Shown here: piece by piece, positions 58,499 to 64,000 of the stretch
Position numbering within the stretch: the stretch's first letter is position 1
Layout: each line of letters starts with the position of its first letter
From: the human T2T-CHM13v2.0 reference genome, Homo sapiens
DNA length: 64,000 nucleotides
Direction: 5' to 3' (one strand)
Assembly (NCBI RefSeq): GCF_009914755.1
Contig: NC_060926.1
Notes under the pieces: model-generated
The model's database searches: none
What the model was told of the DNA's origin: nothing
Seen by the model: only the letters and a program-made list of their open reading frames with translations
Translations under genes and position numbers: made by a program

Positions 58499-59631
58499 GT
58501 CTGAAACTCATTCTTCTGCAACAGTGCATTGTCATCTGGCTGCAGGACATAAACATTGCTGTTTATTCATCTCTCTAGCTAGCTATGCTTTTTACTTTCA
58601 GTTTACTGCTGCTTAGCTGGTATAAGTACATTCATATTGTATCTTTACTGTGCTCTCTTCTCCCAAAAAAAAAAAACTCAAAACAGAATTTAAATTACTA
58701 TGTTTGGTTTGGTTAGTTGGCACATTGTTGATTATAGACACATATATATTTTAGGTAACATTATTCATGGTATGAACATTTGTTATAAGTAACAAGAATG
58801 TGAGAAAATATCCACTACATTGTTTATGAGACTCCTGATATGTGGCATGAGTTCTCCCATTGAATCTTTGTAGTGGTATTTGTTTATATTTCTTAGTATC
58901 CTCAGACGTAGCAGCCAAAAAGCCCGACATTAACATTAGATTGTGTGTTCCATTCACATTTTTTGGAAGAGCTAAATCTTGAATTTTGGTTTTAGTACTT
59001 GCCAGAAAAGAATGTCTACATCAATACCTAGTGTCATTGTAATGATTTCTAGGTTCTCAGGCGTACAAGAGAGTGTTGTTGCTGTTTTATACTTAATGCA
59101 TTCTTATCCCCTGAGGTCGTGACAGTCTCCTTAGAGTTCCCAGAATGTGGAAAGGTTCATACAACATTGCTGTTAAAACGTTATAGCCACACTGTTAAAT
59201 GTTCAATCAGAAAGTTATTTGTAGGGATGAGTAAAGAAGTACCATCCAAGAGCATTCTGATGTTACTCTCATGGGTGGTATAATGGTAACGTGGAGTGTG
59301 GAGGCAAGTACAGGTGGGAGGAAAGTGCATTCAATTGAGACAGTCATAAAATTCTTCTAATTACTGTGATATGTCACAGCTTAGAGCTCTTACAGGGTGT
59401 TGATGTTGTAGCGTATGTCAGAATTTCCTTCCTTTTAAAGGTTGAATAGTATTAATATTCCATTGTATGTATATAACATATTTTGTTTATCTATTGATCT
59501 GTTGGATCACCTGGTTGCAGTGCAGTACGGTACAAGCAGCTGATTGAATGAACGAATACTACGGGTCAGTGCTTTCGGAGTGTTCCTGTGCTTGGTTTCA
59601 AGTTTCTAAGAGTACTCTTGTGTAATCACAG

Positions 59632-59793
59632 CTAGAGCAAGAGAGAAGAGAGGCAGAAATGAGGGCAAAACGGGAAGAGGAAGAGCGAAAGAGGCAGGAA
59701 GAACTCCGAAGACAACAGGAGGAAATTCTTCGGCGACAGCAGGAAGAAGAAAGGAAAAGGCGAGAGGAAGAAGAACTTGCCCGAAGGAAACAG
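59632..59793 (+). CDS. GIGYF2: GIGYF2 coding exon, E/R-rich helix (LEQERREAEMRAKREEEE...ARRKQ)
   Basis: CAG acceptor ending 59631; CAG|GTATGT donor; 162 nt; phase 0-0. Confidence 0.94.
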
Positions 59794-60129
59794 GTATGTA
59801 TCTGGGAACTCTGACCATAGGATTAGTGCTTGATGAGGGCTTTCAGGCTGCTTTCTTTCATCATTTCACAGATACTCCTGAAGTCCACAGGATTGGGGTT
59901 AGAACCTTAGAAGACTCACTCACCTTTGGAAAGAATCTCTGTTTTTCACCAACACCCACTGTAGGGATATTCTTCAGTCCTAGTAAACCACTAGAATTGA
60001 TATTCTTTGCATATTTCCTAGAGTTTTATAAACCAGTTAGATTTCAGAAGTTCTGTCCTTGCATCTAAAAACAATGAGAAAGTAACTTTGATGTGCAGCA
60101 TTAAATGTCAAATTTTAAAAGTTACATGG

Positions 60130-60950
60130 GCTTTAAAAAAATTGTGCTAACATATACATAACATAAAATTTACCATTTTAAGTGTACTTTCAGTGGTGTT
60201 AAGTATATTCATTCATATTGCTGTGCAACCCTCACAAACATGTCTGTAGAACTTCTCCAACTTTGCAAACTGAAACTGCATATCCATTAAACAAGGAGCC
60301 CCACTCCCTCCATCCATAGCTCCTAGTAACCACCATTCTTCTTTCTGTGTCTGTGAATTTAAACTAACTCAATTTCTTATGTAAGTAGAATTATACAGTA
60401 TTTGTCTTTTTGTGTTGGGCTTATTTCACTTAAGGTTTATTCATATTGTAGCATATATCTGAATTTCCTTTCTTAAAAAGGTTGAATAATATTCCATTGT
60501 GTGTTTATCCATTCCTATTTTGTTTATCCATTCCTCTGTTGATGGACATTTAGATGACTTCCACGTTTTAGCTATTGTGAATAATGCTGCTGTGAACACG
60601 GGTGTATAGATACCTGTTTGAGTCCTTGCTTTCAACACTTTCCTAGAAGTGGAGTTGCTGGATCATATGGTCATTCTCTTTTGAATTTTTTGAAGAACTG
60701 CCGTATTGTTTCCCACAGCTGCTGCACCACTTTATATTCCTACTGACAAGGCACAGCTGTTCCCAGTGTCTCCACATTCTCACCAACACTTGTTATTTTA
60801 TTTTTTTGCTTTTGCTTTGTTTCTTTTTGATAATGACACTTTTAATGAGCATCAAGTGATATTTCATTGTGGTTTTGATTTACATTTCCCTAATGATTAG
60901 TGTTGTTGGGCATCTTTTCACATGCTTATTGACCATTCAAATGTACTTTA
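60130..60950 (-). mobile_element. L1M 3'-end fragment
   Basis: The minus ORF 60441-60638 (FTAALFTIAKTWKSSKCPSTEEWINK) is the L1 ORF2 C-terminus. Confidence 0.8.
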
Positions 60951-61069
60951 AAAAAGTATCTTTGGCTAAGACTTCTGCCTTCTCTTTATTCTTTCCCTTA
61001 ATGAACCTTTTCTCTCTATTTTAGTGTTTCTAAATAGGGAGCAAAAACAAACTCTACACGTATATTTGC

Positions 61070-61444
61070 TTTACAACATTTTCCACAATATAGCTGAGCA
61101 GAAACCAGAAAGATAAGACACATTTTATTTTTCCCCTAGAAAGTAGGTTTTCATTTGAAGAAATTTAGACAGAAATCACCCAGCAATAATTTTGAATGTA
61201 ATGATTTTTGTATGTGGTGTGAGATGAGGGTCTGACTTCATTCTTCTGCCTATAGATATCCAGTTTTCCCACCACCATTTATTAAAGAGACTGTCCTTTC
61301 CCCCATTGTGTGTTTGTGGCATCTATGTCAAAAATCAATTGAGTATAAATGTGTGGATTTATTTCTGGGGTTTGTATTCTCTTTTTGGTTTCTTTTTTTT
61401 TATTTTTTTGGAGACAGAGTCTCACTCTGTCACCCAGGCTGGAG
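61070..61444. repeat. Composite duplicated block: inverted copy of 62892-62995 joined to a direct copy of 63057-63641 (without the later AluY)
   Basis: Direct comparison by eye; see findings. Confidence 0.85.
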
Positions 61445-62587
61445 GTATATATTATTTGTACTTGTGTTTTATAGCCCTCCTTTTGACATGAATTATGTCA
61501 TCTTTCCATGTCAAATGTGTATCTAAAAATCTACATCATCATATTTGCTAGCTGTATTAAATTTCATTTTATAAGTAAATTATAATAAGTTGACCAATTC
61601 CCTATTGTTGGACATGAGGGTTGTTTCCAGTTCTTCATTGTTAGATAAGTGTTCGAATGAAAGTCCTTGTAGTTAAGTCTTTGCTTAAGGATTTATAACC
61701 AGCGAGGTATATACTTTTAATATTTTTTGGTCTTTTTTTTTCTTTTTCTTTTTTTGTTGTTGGGGGGAATTCACCATTCATGTGCTTGGCTCATTTTTCC
61801 ATTGGGGTTTTCCTAGCTTCACTTGAAAGGATCCACTCTTTTAATAGCCCCACAGTCTAGCCTTTACCACTTGTTGCCTACTTTTTGGCCCCAAGAGGTG
61901 CTCTTTGAAAAACAAAAAAGATCCATGCTGAGATGAAATGAGAACTACGGTTAATTCTTAGAGTCACACTATACTGCAGCATATAGAGGCTCTAAGGATT
62001 ATTGCAGTAAAAAAGTATGTTTAGTTCTGTGTTGTGCAGTTTTCTATAAATGATCTCAACAATGGGACTTCTTTCTGTGTAATACTTAATAGTATTGGTG
62101 GGACTTTTGATCTTCAGAACACGTTCTGGGACACATGGCTTTACTCATTACTTCTGACTGGGAGAACTTATCTTACCCCAAATTTTTGGTGGCTATGTTG
62201 ATTTGCCCTCTCTATGCCTTAAGTTCCCAGTTAATTAAAAAAATAGGGATTAAAGATACCAGTGGAGAAACAAAGCTATACTTCTAATGTAGCTCTTTCT
62301 ACGGTTAATCAGTAAATGATGTAGCTAATATAGAAACCAGGGTAGACTTCACAGTTTATTGTAATTTAACTGCTAATATTTTAAATTCAATTTTCTTTTC
62401 ATTGTAATGCGTCCAATTCCCCAATTTACATGTATACTTTTTACTCCAGATCGTGATTACTTTTATGTTTACTGTTTAACAGAGTCTTAGCAGCAGATAG
62501 CCTATTACTTTCCAAATATGACATAATAAATTGAATGATAGACCTGAGTCCCTCCCCCACCCCCCACCCTCCATCTTTTTTCCTTAG

Positions 62588-62746
62588 GAAGAGGCTCTGC
62601 GTCGCCAGCGGGAGCAAGAAATTGCATTAAGGCGACAGCGAGAAGAGGAAGAAAGACAGCAGCAAGAAGAAGCTCTTAGAAGACTGGAAGAGAGGAGAAG
62701 AGAAGAGGAAGAAAGGCGGAAGCAGGAAGAATTGTTACGCAAACAG
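62588..62746 (+). CDS. GIGYF2: GIGYF2 coding exon, E/R-rich helix (EEALRRQREQEIALRRQ...ELLRKQ)
   Basis: cttttttccttAG acceptor; CAG|GTGACC donor; 159 nt; phase 0-0. Confidence 0.94.
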
Positions 62747-62930
62747 GTGACCAGATGGTTTTGTCTTCTAATTGTTCCTTTGAAGCTGGGAATTAGTGAT
62801 TTAGAAAATATTAGGACATTAAGGTAGCCTATCTAAAATTTTTTCAGGTTGCTAAAAATTAACCAAAAGAAACCTAACTGGCTCTTATTACTTCTGTCTA
62901 AATTTCTTCAAATGAAAACCTGTTTTCTAG

Positions 62931-63372
<442 letters not shown>

Positions 63373-63553
63373 ATCACCCAGCAATAATTTCTAACGTAAT
63401 GATTTTCATGTATGGTATGAGATGAGGCTATGATTTCATTCTTCTGCCTGTGGATATCTAGTTTTCCCACCACCATTTATTAAAGAGACTGTTCTTCATT
63501 GTATGTTTTTGGGATCTATGTTAAGGAGCGTAAATGTATGGATTTATTTCTAG

Positions 63554-63870
<317 letters not shown>

Positions 63871-64000
63871 GTCTTTTTGCTTTCTTGACAGTGTTCTTTG
63901 AAACACGTAAATTTTTCACTTTGACAATGTCCAATTTATCTTTTTATTTTACTTATTTACTTACTTACTTTCTTATTTTAAGACAAAGTCTCGCTCTGTT

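Overview
This is primate, almost certainly human, genomic DNA: an AluYb8-type element is present, and there are no prokaryotic features or CRISPR arrays. The window lies inside GIGYF2 on the + strand. I resolved 15 consecutive coding exons that splice in frame (2150 nt, about 717 codons). They run from the RG-rich N-terminal region through the DDX6-binding motif, the GYF domain and the Q-rich region to the E/R-rich helix. There is also a 66-nt in-frame cassette exon. The complete KCNJ13 (Kir7.1 potassium channel) gene is nested antisense in the 25.7-kb GIGYF2 intron 4200-29911, with a TATA/CCAAT promoter, a non-coding exon 1, two coding exons giving 360 aa, and a long 3' UTR. The rest is intronic repeat: about 30 Alus, old L1/L2 fragments, MaLR and ERV1 LTRs, Tigger/MER DNA transposons and a 3'-truncated U6 retrocopy. 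The most notable observations are: (1) a GIGYF2 cassette exon overlapping KCNJ13 exon 1 and its splice donor on the opposite strand; (2) a candidate KCNJ13 5'UTR cassette exon that is almost entirely a uORF; (3) a GC-AG intron splitting the GYF domain; (4) a composite templated duplication that places a non-Alu inverted repeat around an in-frame exon; (5) several fold-back or template-switch footprints. I found no wholly new biological system. Repeat subfamily calls are from recognition by eye, and their boundaries are approximate.
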